Made by a program: the position numbers and the translations under genes
DNA from: an uncultured Acidobacteriota bacterium
GTDB taxonomy: Bacteria; Acidobacteriota; Vicinamibacteria; Fen-336; JAGNNV01
Assembly: GCA_964396875.1 (NCBI GenBank)
Contig: CAYNHK010000002.1
Span: forward strand, 1,015 to 65,014
Length of the DNA stretch: 64,000 nt
Direction of reading: 5' to 3'
Shown: positions 18,012 to 26,430 of the stretch, piece after piece
Layout: every line of letters starts with the position of its first letter
Position numbering within the stretch: position 1 is the first letter of the stretch
The notes under the pieces: generated by a model
Seen by the model: only the letters and a program-made list of their open reading frames with translations
Database searches by the model: none
Told to the model about the DNA's origin: nothing

Positions 18012-19298
18012 ATGAGCCGCTCCATCTCCGAAACCTGGCGCGACCTGCGCCAAACGATCCGCGGCTACCCCATCACGGCATTCTGGGTGTGCCTGATCGG
18101 CGTCTCCCTCGAGAACATGGATCAGGCCTTCTTCTCGTTCGTCCTGCCGCAGATCTCGAAGGAACTGGGCTGGACGGTCGAGGAGCGGGGCTGGTACATC
18201 GCCCTCACCTTCGCGATCGCCGGGTTGTGCATTTCGGGCCTGGGTTCCCTCACGGACAGGATCGGACGGAAGACCGTCTTCAGCACCTCGATGCTGGTCG
18301 GCTCGCTCTTCGTCACCGCCATGTACTGGGCCCGCTCCACGTTCTCGGTGGTGGCACTTCGCACGCTTGGTTTCGCGACCGGCGGGATCCAGTCGCCGGT
18401 CGTGGGTACCATCGTGGTGGAGGAGACGCCGGCCCGCTACCGCGGCCTCATGTCGGGGATCCTGCAGATCGGCTATCCGATCGGTTGGTTCCTCGCCTCG
18501 CAGTTCGTTCTGCTGATGAGCGACAGGTGGGGTTGGCGATCCGTCTTCTTCGTGGCCCTGCTCTCCGTCCCGTACATGTTCGTCATTCAGCGCTATCTGA
18601 GAGAGACGGGGGCCTTCATTAAGGCAAGGGAAGCGGCCGAGCGCGGGGAGGCCTCCGCGGCCCGCGGGCGGTTCGGCGAACTGTTCGCGCCGGGCATGCT
18701 CTACCGAACCGTGGTTCTTTTCCTGGGCGAGTACTTTCATGTCTTCGCCTATGGCTCGACGATCCTGCTCACCGCGTATTTCCAGGAGTTCCGCAGCTTC
18801 TCCATGCGCGATGCGGTATCGCTGGTCGGATGGTCCTACGGCGTCGGCGCTCTCGGCTACATCCTCGCTGCGATCGTCGGAGAGTTTTTCATCTCGAGGC
18901 GCACAACGTGCATCGTATGGGCCTGGCTCGGCTCGGCCGCGTTCTTCGTGATGATCTGGTGGGCGCGCGACTACTGGACGACCGTGGTCTTCTACTGCCT
19001 CATGACCATCTTCTTCTATGGGACCACGGCGGTGAAGTTCACGTTCATCGCCGAGAACTTTCCCGCGCGGCTCCGGGCGACCGGCGTCACCTTCTCAGGC
19101 TCGTTGGCGGTCAACCTCGGCATCGCGACGGGCCCCCTCGCCCTCTCCTACGCGGTGAGCTACTTCGACGGCGACTGGAACAAGGCTTACACCCTTTGCG
19201 GGATCCTTCCCATATTCATTTCCGGCGCCTTCTTTCTGCTCATGCCGCAGGTCCCGCTTGGGATCGAGGAAGATCGCGTGGCCGGCATAGTCGCGTGA
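18012..19298 (+). CDS. MFS transporter
   Basis: The ATG at 18012 was chosen; the upstream part of track ORF 17601..19298 overlaps the TonB receptor. The MFS motif is present (GSLTDRIGRKTVF). There are multiple TM helices. Confidence 0.85.
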   Translation: MSRSISETWRDLRQTIRGYPITAFWVCLIGVSLENMDQAFFSFVLPQISKELGWTVEERGWYIALTFAIAGLCISGLGSLTDRIGRKTVFSTSMLVGSLFVTAMYWARSTFSVVALRTLGFATGGIQSPVVGTIVVEETPARYRGLMSGILQIGYPIGWFLASQFVLLMSDRWGWRSVFFVALLSVPYMFVIQRYLRETGAFIKAREAAERGEASAARGRFGELFAPGMLYRTVVLFLGEYFHVFAYGSTILLTAYFQEFRSFSMRDAVSLVGWSYGVGALGYILAAIVGEFFISRRTTCIVWAWLGSAAFFVMIWWARDYWTTVVFYCLMTIFFYGTTAVKFTFIAENFPARLRATGVTFSGSLAVNLGIATGPLALSYAVSYFDGDWNKAYTLCGILPIFISGAFFLLMPQVPLGIEEDRVAGIVA

Positions 19299-19371
19299 AT
19301 GAGGCGGCGATGGCCTGGAGAGCTTGAAGGAGGAGTCCCTTGGGATCTAACGTAGGCGAACAAAGGAAATC

Positions 19372-20259
19372 ATGCTGAACAGTCCTAGTTTCGTCACGAT
19401 CGGCGCATCGAACATCGAGCGCACGGCCCGTTTTTTTCAGGCCTTCGGCTTCGTCCGCCAGAGCGGAAGCGCGATCGGAGCTTTCGCCGCCCGGGAGTTG
19501 TACGGTTTGCCCGGCGCCACTGCGGAGGCGACGCTGGTGATGCCGGGGGCGACGCGCGGTTCGATCCGCATCGTGGAAACGTCGCTCGACTCCTTGGATG
19601 GCGGTCCTTTCGACCGAGGGCCGCATGCGGTCGACCTCTACGTGCGCGATATGGACCACGCTCTCGAGATCGTGAAGAACACCCACGCGGAGATCGGCCC
19701 GGTCGCCGCCTACTCCGTCGGGCCCATGAAGATCCGGGAGTGCAAGTGTCTCGGGCCGGACGGCCTCGCGCTGGTGCTCATCGAAGTCGACAAGCGTCGT
19801 CCCAGTGTCCTGGACACCGCCGAATCGGTTCTGTTTTCAGAGGTGCACTCGGCGGTCTCCGTGGTCGAATCGATCGACGCCGCCGCTCCGTTCTGGAAAT
19901 CGGCCGGTCTCTCGGTGTTGCTCGACGCGACCTTTGCCGAACCAACGGTCGCGGAGTTCATGCATCTCCCCCGCCCCGATACGAAACTGCGACTCGCGCT
20001 CTTCGCGGAGGCGGCCCAGTTGCCGATTCGCCTCGAGATGATCGAGTTTCCGGACCCGGAGGCGCGGAACGCTCCCATGATTGACGCGAAACCCCTCCGG
20101 CCCGGGCGATTCCTGTTCGGATTCGATATTGGCAGCGTCTCCGCGGCCATCGCCGCGATGCCCGGGGCGGACTACTCGAGGATCTGTCGGGTCAGCAGCG
20201 GGCTCGCGGCAACCGGCACGGCGCCCGGAGGCATCGGCTTCGAACTGAGATCGGCTTAG
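19372..20259 (+). CDS. Two-domain VOC (glyoxalase/bleomycin-resistance/extradiol-dioxygenase) family protein
   Basis: The 295-aa protein has two tandem beta-alpha-beta-beta-beta-like halves (FVTIGASNIERTARFFQAFGF... and SAVSVVESIDAAAPFWKSAGL...). The assignment is by pattern only. Confidence 0.55.
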   Translation: MLNSPSFVTIGASNIERTARFFQAFGFVRQSGSAIGAFAARELYGLPGATAEATLVMPGATRGSIRIVETSLDSLDGGPFDRGPHAVDLYVRDMDHALEIVKNTHAEIGPVAAYSVGPMKIRECKCLGPDGLALVLIEVDKRRPSVLDTAESVLFSEVHSAVSVVESIDAAAPFWKSAGLSVLLDATFAEPTVAEFMHLPRPDTKLRLALFAEAAQLPIRLEMIEFPDPEARNAPMIDAKPLRPGRFLFGFDIGSVSAAIAAMPGADYSRICRVSSGLAATGTAPGGIGFELRSA

Positions 20260-20281
20260 CTGCGACCGATCCTCGCCGCGA

Positions 20282-21316
20282 CTAGTCGGCCGCCCGGAGG
20301 ACGCCGCTCTCGATCAGCCGGGCGATCGCGCTCCGCTGAGTTTCGATGAAATGGACCCGAGCCGGGATGCCGCCACTCATGCTGTTGGGCGGATAGTGCA
20401 TCTTCGTTCGGTACCCCTCTGCGAAAAGATCGAAGCGCTGACGCGCCAGCAGGTTCTCCATGGCCGGCCGGGTGCGGAAACGCCTCAGGGCATTGAGATC
20501 GATCTCCGCGGAGCAGGTCATGGTCTCGCCGAAGCCCGACCTCGCGATCACAAGACCTCGAGGATCCACGATCTTGGACCCGCCGTTGGTCGAGTCGCAG
20601 GGAATGGCGATGCCATGAATTCCGCCGGTGTTGGCGGAGACCACGTAGGCCATGTTCTCGATGGCGCGAGCCACGGTGCAGACGTCCTTCGCGGCGATCG
20701 CATGTTCGTTCGTCTGGGACGTCGGATGGAAGAACACCTCCGCGCCCCGCATCGCGAATGCGCGGGCGATTTCGGGGTACAGGACCTCCTCCGATGCAAT
20801 AGGCGCCAGAACGCCGATCTCCGTCTTCGCGACCGGAAAGACCCCTTCGTACCCGTAGATTTCCAGGTAGCGATCCCATACGTCGTGCGGTGTAGGTGTG
20901 TACATCGAGTTCAAGCGCCGATATCGCAGGATCACTTTCCCATCGGGGCCGACGATGAAACAGCACTGGAAGTTCATGCCGGGGAAATGTTCGTCGCGTT
21001 CGAAAGCGTTGCCGGCGAGAAAGAGATTATGGGTCTGCGCGATCTCGCCCAGTCGCTGGTATTCGGGTCCATCCGTATTGATCGCCGCTTTCTCCGTCCA
21101 CTGCTCGATGGGATCGCCCATCGCATACCCCGTCATGAAGTACTCGGGCAGCACCACAAGACGCAAGTCCCGCCCGATCCAGGCCGCCGAGGCCGAGATC
21201 TCCGCCGCGATCCGATCCAGCGTGCGGTGCATCAACTCTCTGGCGCTGATCACGTCCGGTTGGGTGTTGATGGTATCGAGGCGCGTCTGGAGGGCAAGGG
21301 CGCGGTAGGCGGTCAT
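20282..21316 (-). CDS. Carbon-nitrogen hydrolase (nitrilase superfamily) homologue with atypical catalytic positions
   Basis: The Glu motif is present (LVVLPEYFMTGY). The expected YRK motif reads YRRLNS. The expected Cys seven residues before the YPE motif is Ser (PIASEEVLYPE). The overall length and pattern fit the CN-hydrolase fold. Confidence 0.65.
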   Translation of the reverse strand: MTAYRALALQTRLDTINTQPDVISARELMHRTLDRIAAEISASAAWIGRDLRLVVLPEYFMTGYAMGDPIEQWTEKAAINTDGPEYQRLGEIAQTHNLFLAGNAFERDEHFPGMNFQCCFIVGPDGKVILRYRRLNSMYTPTPHDVWDRYLEIYGYEGVFPVAKTEIGVLAPIASEEVLYPEIARAFAMRGAEVFFHPTSQTNEHAIAAKDVCTVARAIENMAYVVSANTGGIHGIAIPCDSTNGGSKIVDPRGLVIARSGFGETMTCSAEIDLNALRRFRTRPAMENLLARQRFDLFAEGYRTKMHYPPNSMSGGIPARVHFIETQRSAIARLIESGVLRAAD

Positions 21317-21326
21317 AGTCGTCTCC

Positions 21327-22742
21327 TTAGCGGGCGGCGCTCAGCGCAGCGAGCGCCATCAACTGCGACACTTTACGACTGCCGTTCATCTCCAGGATCG
21401 CGTCCCCGAGATCGCTCACCGCGCGTTCGCGGAGCGTCCGCCGGGCGTTGTCGGCGAACTTGACCCTCAGTTCCTCTCGCGAAAGAGGCCGGTCGGGGCC
21501 GCCCCGGTTGGCCATCACTCTCTCCTCCAGCACCGCTCCGCTCGTGGTGGTCAGCCGCACGATCGACGGAAACTGGTTCGGGAAGATCCGATCACACTCC
21601 GGGTCGGCGACGACCTTCACCCTGGACGCAAGTGAGAGATAGAGCTCATCCCGCGCGTTGGCGTCGGAAAAGTCTTCGAGGGATACGCCCAGACCGCCGC
21701 CGCCCAGGAAGGCCGCCGCGAACGTGAAGGGACCCGAGAACTGCCCGTGATAGCCGGACTGCGGGCGAATCTTCTCCGCCCGCGGCTCCCCGATCGTCCT
21801 GACCGTCGGCGAAGCGACGCCGATGGTCACCGCCCCGACCTCGTCCGGCCTCACCTTGAGTCGCAAGGCGAGGGCAGCGTCGATGCCGGTATGGGTGAAG
21901 TGGTTCGCCGGATAGGGCTTGTAGAAGATGCCCGGAATACACCACTCCGTGCCGAGTCCGCGGTCGATCTCATCGGGAGCGGCGAGGCCACCGCAAAATG
22001 CCTGATAGAAGCCAAACCGTCCCTCGAACGCGGTCGGTGGGCCGGTGACCCCGGCGCGCGCGCATTGCGCCGCTATGAGCCCGGCATGAGCGGCCCAACC
22101 GCAGTGCAGGCGCTTCACCGAGCCGCCAGCCCGGTTCCCCTCAATGACGCCCGAGCCCATCGAGACCGCGATGCCAAGGGCGTGCGCCACGCCCTCCGCG
22201 TCGAGGCCCATGAGCTTCGCCGCCGCCGCCGCGACGCCGAGTGTGCCGCAGATCGAAGTTGCGTGCCAGCCCCGCTCGAAGAACACGGAGTTGCCGAGGG
22301 ACCGATCGTACGCCGCCATCCCGGTGCGAACGCACACCTCGTAGCCGACCGCCGCCGCGCTGATCGCTTCGTCGATCGAGGCCCCGGTCTGCTCGGCGAC
22401 CGCGAGTACGCCTGGAATGATCGACGCCGAGGGATGCAACACCGACGGAAGGTGTGTGTCGTCGAAGTCGAGCGAATGCGCAAGGACGCCATTGACGAAG
22501 GCGGCGCTGGTGGCGGGCAGGCCACCGGGTGTTCCAAGCACCGTCGCCTGCTCGGGTCCGCCCCAGGCCTGAGCAACGCGCAGGGCCATGCGACTCGTCT
22601 CCAGAGGGACCGCGCCGAGGCACAGCCCCACGGTGTCGAGAATGCGCTCGCGAACGCTCGTCGTCACCTCGGGAGGCAGCGTACTGTGCTCAACCCGGGC
22701 CGCGAAGGCGCCCAGGCCCTGGGCGATGGTGGGATCGGACAT
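21327..22742 (-). CDS. MmgE/PrpD family protein (2-methylcitrate-dehydratase-like)
   Basis: The 471-aa protein has the family N-terminal pattern (FAARVEHSTLPPEV...RILDTVGLCLGA; AFVNGVLAHSLDFDDTH..S.LHPSA.IIPGVLAVAE). Confidence 0.85.
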   Translation of the reverse strand: MSDPTIAQGLGAFAARVEHSTLPPEVTTSVRERILDTVGLCLGAVPLETSRMALRVAQAWGGPEQATVLGTPGGLPATSAAFVNGVLAHSLDFDDTHLPSVLHPSASIIPGVLAVAEQTGASIDEAISAAAVGYEVCVRTGMAAYDRSLGNSVFFERGWHATSICGTLGVAAAAAKLMGLDAEGVAHALGIAVSMGSGVIEGNRAGGSVKRLHCGWAAHAGLIAAQCARAGVTGPPTAFEGRFGFYQAFCGGLAAPDEIDRGLGTEWCIPGIFYKPYPANHFTHTGIDAALALRLKVRPDEVGAVTIGVASPTVRTIGEPRAEKIRPQSGYHGQFSGPFTFAAAFLGGGGLGVSLEDFSDANARDELYLSLASRVKVVADPECDRIFPNQFPSIVRLTTTSGAVLEERVMANRGGPDRPLSREELRVKFADNARRTLRERAVSDLGDAILEMNGSRKVSQLMALAALSAAR

Positions 22743-22755
22743 CAGAAACCGCGGT

Positions 22756-23562
22756 TCAGGCGAGGGCGAACGGACGAACGGGCATACCCGTGGCGCCTAC
22801 GACTTTGATCGGAGCCACCACGAAGAGGAACTCGTAAACGCCAGCCTCGCTGAGCGGGGAGAGATTCATTCCCTCCATGATGTGAACACCCTTCTCGACG
22901 AGGAACATGCGGTGGACCGGAAGAAGCGCGTGTCCCCTTCCCGCGGGGATCCACTCGTACGCGATCGTCTCGCCGCCCGTCATGCGCACGTTGCGGTCGA
23001 GCAGCCAGGCCGCGGCGGACTCATCGGGGCCGGGAACACCATCCTTGTGCCCGAGATACGCGTCTGGATCAGCCCAGTGTTTCGTCCACCCTGACCTCAC
23101 GAGCGCCACGTCTCCCGCGCGGCACTCCGTGCCCTGCCGGGAAGCCGCGGCTTCAAGATCCCCGGCGGTGATGGGCTCGCCCGGCGCCAGACAATCGACG
23201 CCGCGGAGCGCGGGGATGTCGAAGAGAACGCCCCGGCCTACCGTGATCGGTATTTGCTCAACTCCGTGCGACTTGAAGCGTCCCCCGGTCTGCGCCTCCA
23301 TCGCGTCGACTCCGCCGTAAAGGAGACCGCAGTGCGACACGTGGCACAACGCGTCGATATGCGTGCCGGTATGACCGCCGATCATCATCATTTCATTGGC
23401 CGCCGAACCGCCGTCGCTGCGCACCATGTCGCCGTGACGGCGCTGAAGAGCCATCTTGAACCCCGGATGATTGGGGGAAACCGGCATTCCCGCCTGGATA
23501 GGCTGCGCCAGATCGAACAAGCGCATGTGGTCCGCGGCTGCGAGCAGTGTTTCGAGACTCAT
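22756..23562 (-). CDS. Cyclase-family protein (kynurenine-formamidase-like metal hydrolase)
   Basis: The motif HTGTHIDALCH (HxGTHxDxPxH-type) is present. Length is 268 aa. Confidence 0.75.
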   Translation of the reverse strand: MSLETLLAAADHMRLFDLAQPIQAGMPVSPNHPGFKMALQRRHGDMVRSDGGSAANEMMMIGGHTGTHIDALCHVSHCGLLYGGVDAMEAQTGGRFKSHGVEQIPITVGRGVLFDIPALRGVDCLAPGEPITAGDLEAAASRQGTECRAGDVALVRSGWTKHWADPDAYLGHKDGVPGPDESAAAWLLDRNVRMTGGETIAYEWIPAGRGHALLPVHRMFLVEKGVHIMEGMNLSPLSEAGVYEFLFVVAPIKVVGATGMPVRPFALA

Positions 23563-24458
23563 CGACGATCCCCTTCCCTGCGTTCCGACAGCATGAGTTG
23601 CGCTCGCGCTCGGCGCACCACCGCGAGATCCACGAACGCGCCTCCAATTCGAGTCACCCCCGAACCTCCCTGTTCCGCGGTCTCATAGGCCGCCACAACC
23701 TCTCGTGCCGCAGCGACCTCGTCTGCGGTCGGCTCGAATACCGCATTGATCACTTCGACCTGACGCGGGTGAATCGCGGATCGCCCGAAGAACCCAAGTC
23801 GCTTCAATCGCTCGGTATCCGTCCGAAGGGCGGCGCCGTCGTGAAGATCCGTGAAGACTGATGCGACCGGGGGCGCGACCCTTCCCGCCCGCGATGCGAC
23901 CACCAGCCGGGAGCACGCATGGAGGGTGGCCATGGGGTCGGCCGGGTCGGCGCAAATGTCGGCGCAGAAGTCGGCGGCCCCGAAAGTGAAGCCCGCGAGT
24001 CGAGGGGCGGCCGCGAGCGCTTCGACCTGATTGAGGCCCCTCGCGGTTTCAATGGTGGCGACGAGTCGGATGTTCCCCCGGGGAAGGCCAAGGGCGTCTT
24101 CGCGGTCGGAAACAGCGTCGTGGACGCGGCACAACGATTCCAGGCTCTCCGCCTTCGGAACTCGGATTCCGGCTATTCCCGGCCCTACCACGGCATCGAT
24201 GTCGGCGCGCCAGTATTCTGTTCCCGTCGAGTTGATCCGAATGAAGACCCGCGGGCCGACGGCAGAATCGCTGTCCGCGCCCGGCCGCCGGTCCCGGTTC
24301 GTCGTGGAAGCCACGAGGCGACGCGCTGCGACCTTCGCCGAGGCAGGAACCGCATCCTCGAGATCCAGGACCACCGCATCCGCTCCGGATCTGAAGACCC
24401 GGTCGAGGAGTTTCGGCTGATTCCCCGGCGCGAACAGGTAGCTGCGAAGAAGAGGCAT
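23559..24458 (-). CDS. HpcH/HpaI-CitE family acyl-CoA lyase (citrate lyase beta / citramalyl-CoA or malyl-CoA lyase-like)
   Basis: From the ATG at 24458 the N-terminus reads MPLLRSYLFAPGNQPKLLDRVFRSGADAVVLDLEDAV, the CitE-like hallmark. Later motifs are RINS, ATIETA and IHPRQV. Confidence 0.85.
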   Translation of the reverse strand: MPLLRSYLFAPGNQPKLLDRVFRSGADAVVLDLEDAVPASAKVAARRLVASTTNRDRRPGADSDSAVGPRVFIRINSTGTEYWRADIDAVVGPGIAGIRVPKAESLESLCRVHDAVSDREDALGLPRGNIRLVATIETARGLNQVEALAAAPRLAGFTFGAADFCADICADPADPMATLHACSRLVVASRAGRVAPPVASVFTDLHDGAALRTDTERLKRLGFFGRSAIHPRQVEVINAVFEPTADEVAAAREVVAAYETAEQGGSGVTRIGGAFVDLAVVRRARAQLMLSERREGDRR

Positions 24459-24472
24459 GCCCGGCTCCTCCG

Positions 24473-25681
24473 CTACAACGCGCCCTTGGCGCGCAGGTCG
24501 GCGATGCGTTCCGGACCGAGCTTCAACCACTCGCCCAGGACAGCCTCCGTGTCGGACCCGATTCCGCGGCCGGCGAACCGGATGGCCCCGGGCGTGCGGC
24601 TGAGCCGGAACATCACGTTCTGCATCCGGATCGGCCCCAACTCCTCGTCTTGCACCGTCGTGATCGAATCGAGCGCCTTGTATTGGGGATCTTCCAGAAC
24701 ATCGCGAATGTCGTAGATCGGCGCGACCGCGGCCTGGGCGGCCTCGAAGTCCTCTATGACCTTGGACATCGGATACTTCGCGATCCAGCCGCCGACCATC
24801 GCATCGAGTGTGTCGGCGTGGCGCGCGCGATCGGAACCCGATTGGAACCAGGGTTCATCGATCACCTCGGGGTGGCCCACCAGACGCATGACGCGTTCCG
24901 CGATACTCTGCGCGGATGTGGAGACCGCCACCCACTTTCCGTCGGCGGTCTTGTAGGTATTCCGTGGCGCGTTGTTGACCGAGCGGTTCCCGGTGCGCTC
25001 CTGGACGACGCCGAGCTGATCGAACCACGTCGCCTGGGGGCCGAGGATGGTGAGGATGGGCTCGATGATGGCCATGTCTATGACCTGGCCCAGACCCGTC
25101 CGATCCTTATGACGAAGGGCCATCATGATTGCGGAGGAGGTCGCGAGCGCGGTGATGCCGTCGGCGAGCCCGAAGGGCGGGAGCGTCGGCGGCCCATCGG
25201 CGGTTCCGGTCATGGCCGCGAAGCCGCTCATCGACTCCGCGAGGGTCCCGAAGCCGGGACGTCTCCGATAGGGGCCGGATTGTCCGAACCCGGTCACGCG
25301 CGCGATCACCAGCCCGGGGTTTCGGGCCTGAAGCTGCTCGGGCCCGACGTTCCACGACTCCAGCGTTCCCGGCCGGAAGTTCTCGATCAGCACATCCGCC
25401 TGGGCGGCGAGGTCGAGAAGAATGTCCTGGGCCTCCGCGTGCGAGAGGTTCAGTGTGATCGCGCGCTTGTTGCGACCGATCATCTTCCACCAGAGATTGA
25501 TGCCGTTCTTGCGATGGCCGTGGGTGCGTACGGGGTCGCCCTTCGGGTGTTCGATCTTGATGACGTCCGCGCCGAAGTCGCCGAGGAGCGTCGCGGCGAG
25601 TGGCCCCGCGAAAAGGGTGGCGAGGTCCAGTACCCGGACACCCTGAAGAGGGCCGGCGGTTGTCGGTTGGGTGTCGGTCAT
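24473..25681 (-). CDS. Family III CoA-transferase (CaiB/BaiF), second copy
   Basis: The N-terminus is PLQGVRVLDLATLFAGPLAATLLGDFGADVIKIEHP. Length is 402 aa. It is a paralogue of 13473..14669. Confidence 0.9.
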   Translation of the reverse strand: MTDTQPTTAGPLQGVRVLDLATLFAGPLAATLLGDFGADVIKIEHPKGDPVRTHGHRKNGINLWWKMIGRNKRAITLNLSHAEAQDILLDLAAQADVLIENFRPGTLESWNVGPEQLQARNPGLVIARVTGFGQSGPYRRRPGFGTLAESMSGFAAMTGTADGPPTLPPFGLADGITALATSSAIMMALRHKDRTGLGQVIDMAIIEPILTILGPQATWFDQLGVVQERTGNRSVNNAPRNTYKTADGKWVAVSTSAQSIAERVMRLVGHPEVIDEPWFQSGSDRARHADTLDAMVGGWIAKYPMSKVIEDFEAAQAAVAPIYDIRDVLEDPQYKALDSITTVQDEELGPIRMQNVMFRLSRTPGAIRFAGRGIGSDTEAVLGEWLKLGPERIADLRAKGAL

Positions 25682-25805
25682 CGCAGGGTCTTGGAGGGTT
25701 GTCCCGAGCGGCGCCTCCGCCGCTACAGTTCTCGGGACAGTTGTCCTAAGGTTATGACATTATACCCGCGACGTTGCCGCGATATTCCTCCGCCAGGGGC
25801 CTCCC

Positions 25806-26408
25806 CTACTTCCCGTTCCAGTGCCTCAGGTACCTCTCGACGAGATCCGACTCCGAGACCCGGAGCGCGCGCGCGTATTCGATCAGAAAGCCTCGCGCGA
25901 ACACGCGCCCCGGCAGGGCCTTGTGGCGGTCTTCCTCGAGGGCCAGAAGGAAACGGCTGCCTACCTTGCTCAGGGCCGCGATCTGCTCGATCGAAAGGCC
26001 GGCGCTCTCCCTGAGCAATCTGAGCGCCGGGCCGTTGACGACATCGGGAATCCTGGGCGGTGGCGTGGCGTCCGGGATTTGCGCGGGCCGAGGAGCGGGG
26101 ACGGATCGAATCGCGGGCGCCGGTGCCGAGGGGGCCTGCAGCGGAGTTGCGTCCAACCATCGTGGATCGCCGGCGCGCCCCTGCATCCTGAGGTCGTAGT
26201 CGCGCCGAACGCTGGGGTTTGAGAGGGCTGCGTAGGCCTCCTCGACGAGGGCCAGCATCCGACCGCGCTCCTCGGAATCCAGGAGCCCGTAGGTCGGGGT
26301 CGACTCACCGGTGTACAGACTGCGGGCGAAGCGGTAGGCGGCCTGGATCTGGCCCGAGCCCACGTGGCGGGCCACCCCGAGGACTTCGTAGTAGTTTTTC
26401 TCGTTCAC
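25806..26408 (-). CDS. Degenerate J-domain protein fused to a RodZ/XRE-like helix-turn-helix domain
   Basis: The N-terminus NYYEVLGV...QIQAAYRFARSLYTGES...VEEAYAALSNPSVRRDYD follows the DnaJ J-domain pattern, but the HPD tripeptide is replaced (YTGES). A Pro-rich linker follows. The C-terminus GPALRLLRESAGLSIEQIAALSKVGSRFLLALEED resembles the RodZ-type HTH. The start is GTG. Confidence 0.65.
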   Translation of the reverse strand: MNEKNYYEVLGVARHVGSGQIQAAYRFARSLYTGESTPTYGLLDSEERGRMLALVEEAYAALSNPSVRRDYDLRMQGRAGDPRWLDATPLQAPSAPAPAIRSVPAPRPAQIPDATPPPRIPDVVNGPALRLLRESAGLSIEQIAALSKVGSRFLLALEEDRHKALPGRVFARGFLIEYARALRVSESDLVERYLRHWNGK

Positions 26409-26430
26409 GAGGAACCTGTGAGTTGTGGGT

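Noticed and set aside
10162-21316. The hydantoinase-like gene and the CN-hydrolase considered as a classical hydantoinase/N-carbamoylase pair.
   Set aside because: The genes are about 9 kb apart, with unrelated genes between them. The CN-hydrolase appears to lack the catalytic Cys/Lys. No hydantoin racemase or permease signature was recognised.
25701-25738. A GC-rich nested hairpin (GTCCCG..AGCGGCG-CCTC-CGCCGCT..CTCGGGAC) between the J/HTH gene and the CoA-transferase gene.
   Set aside because: It could be a terminator or attenuator. It has no flanking T-run on the relevant strand, so I cannot distinguish it from chance GC-rich self-complementarity.
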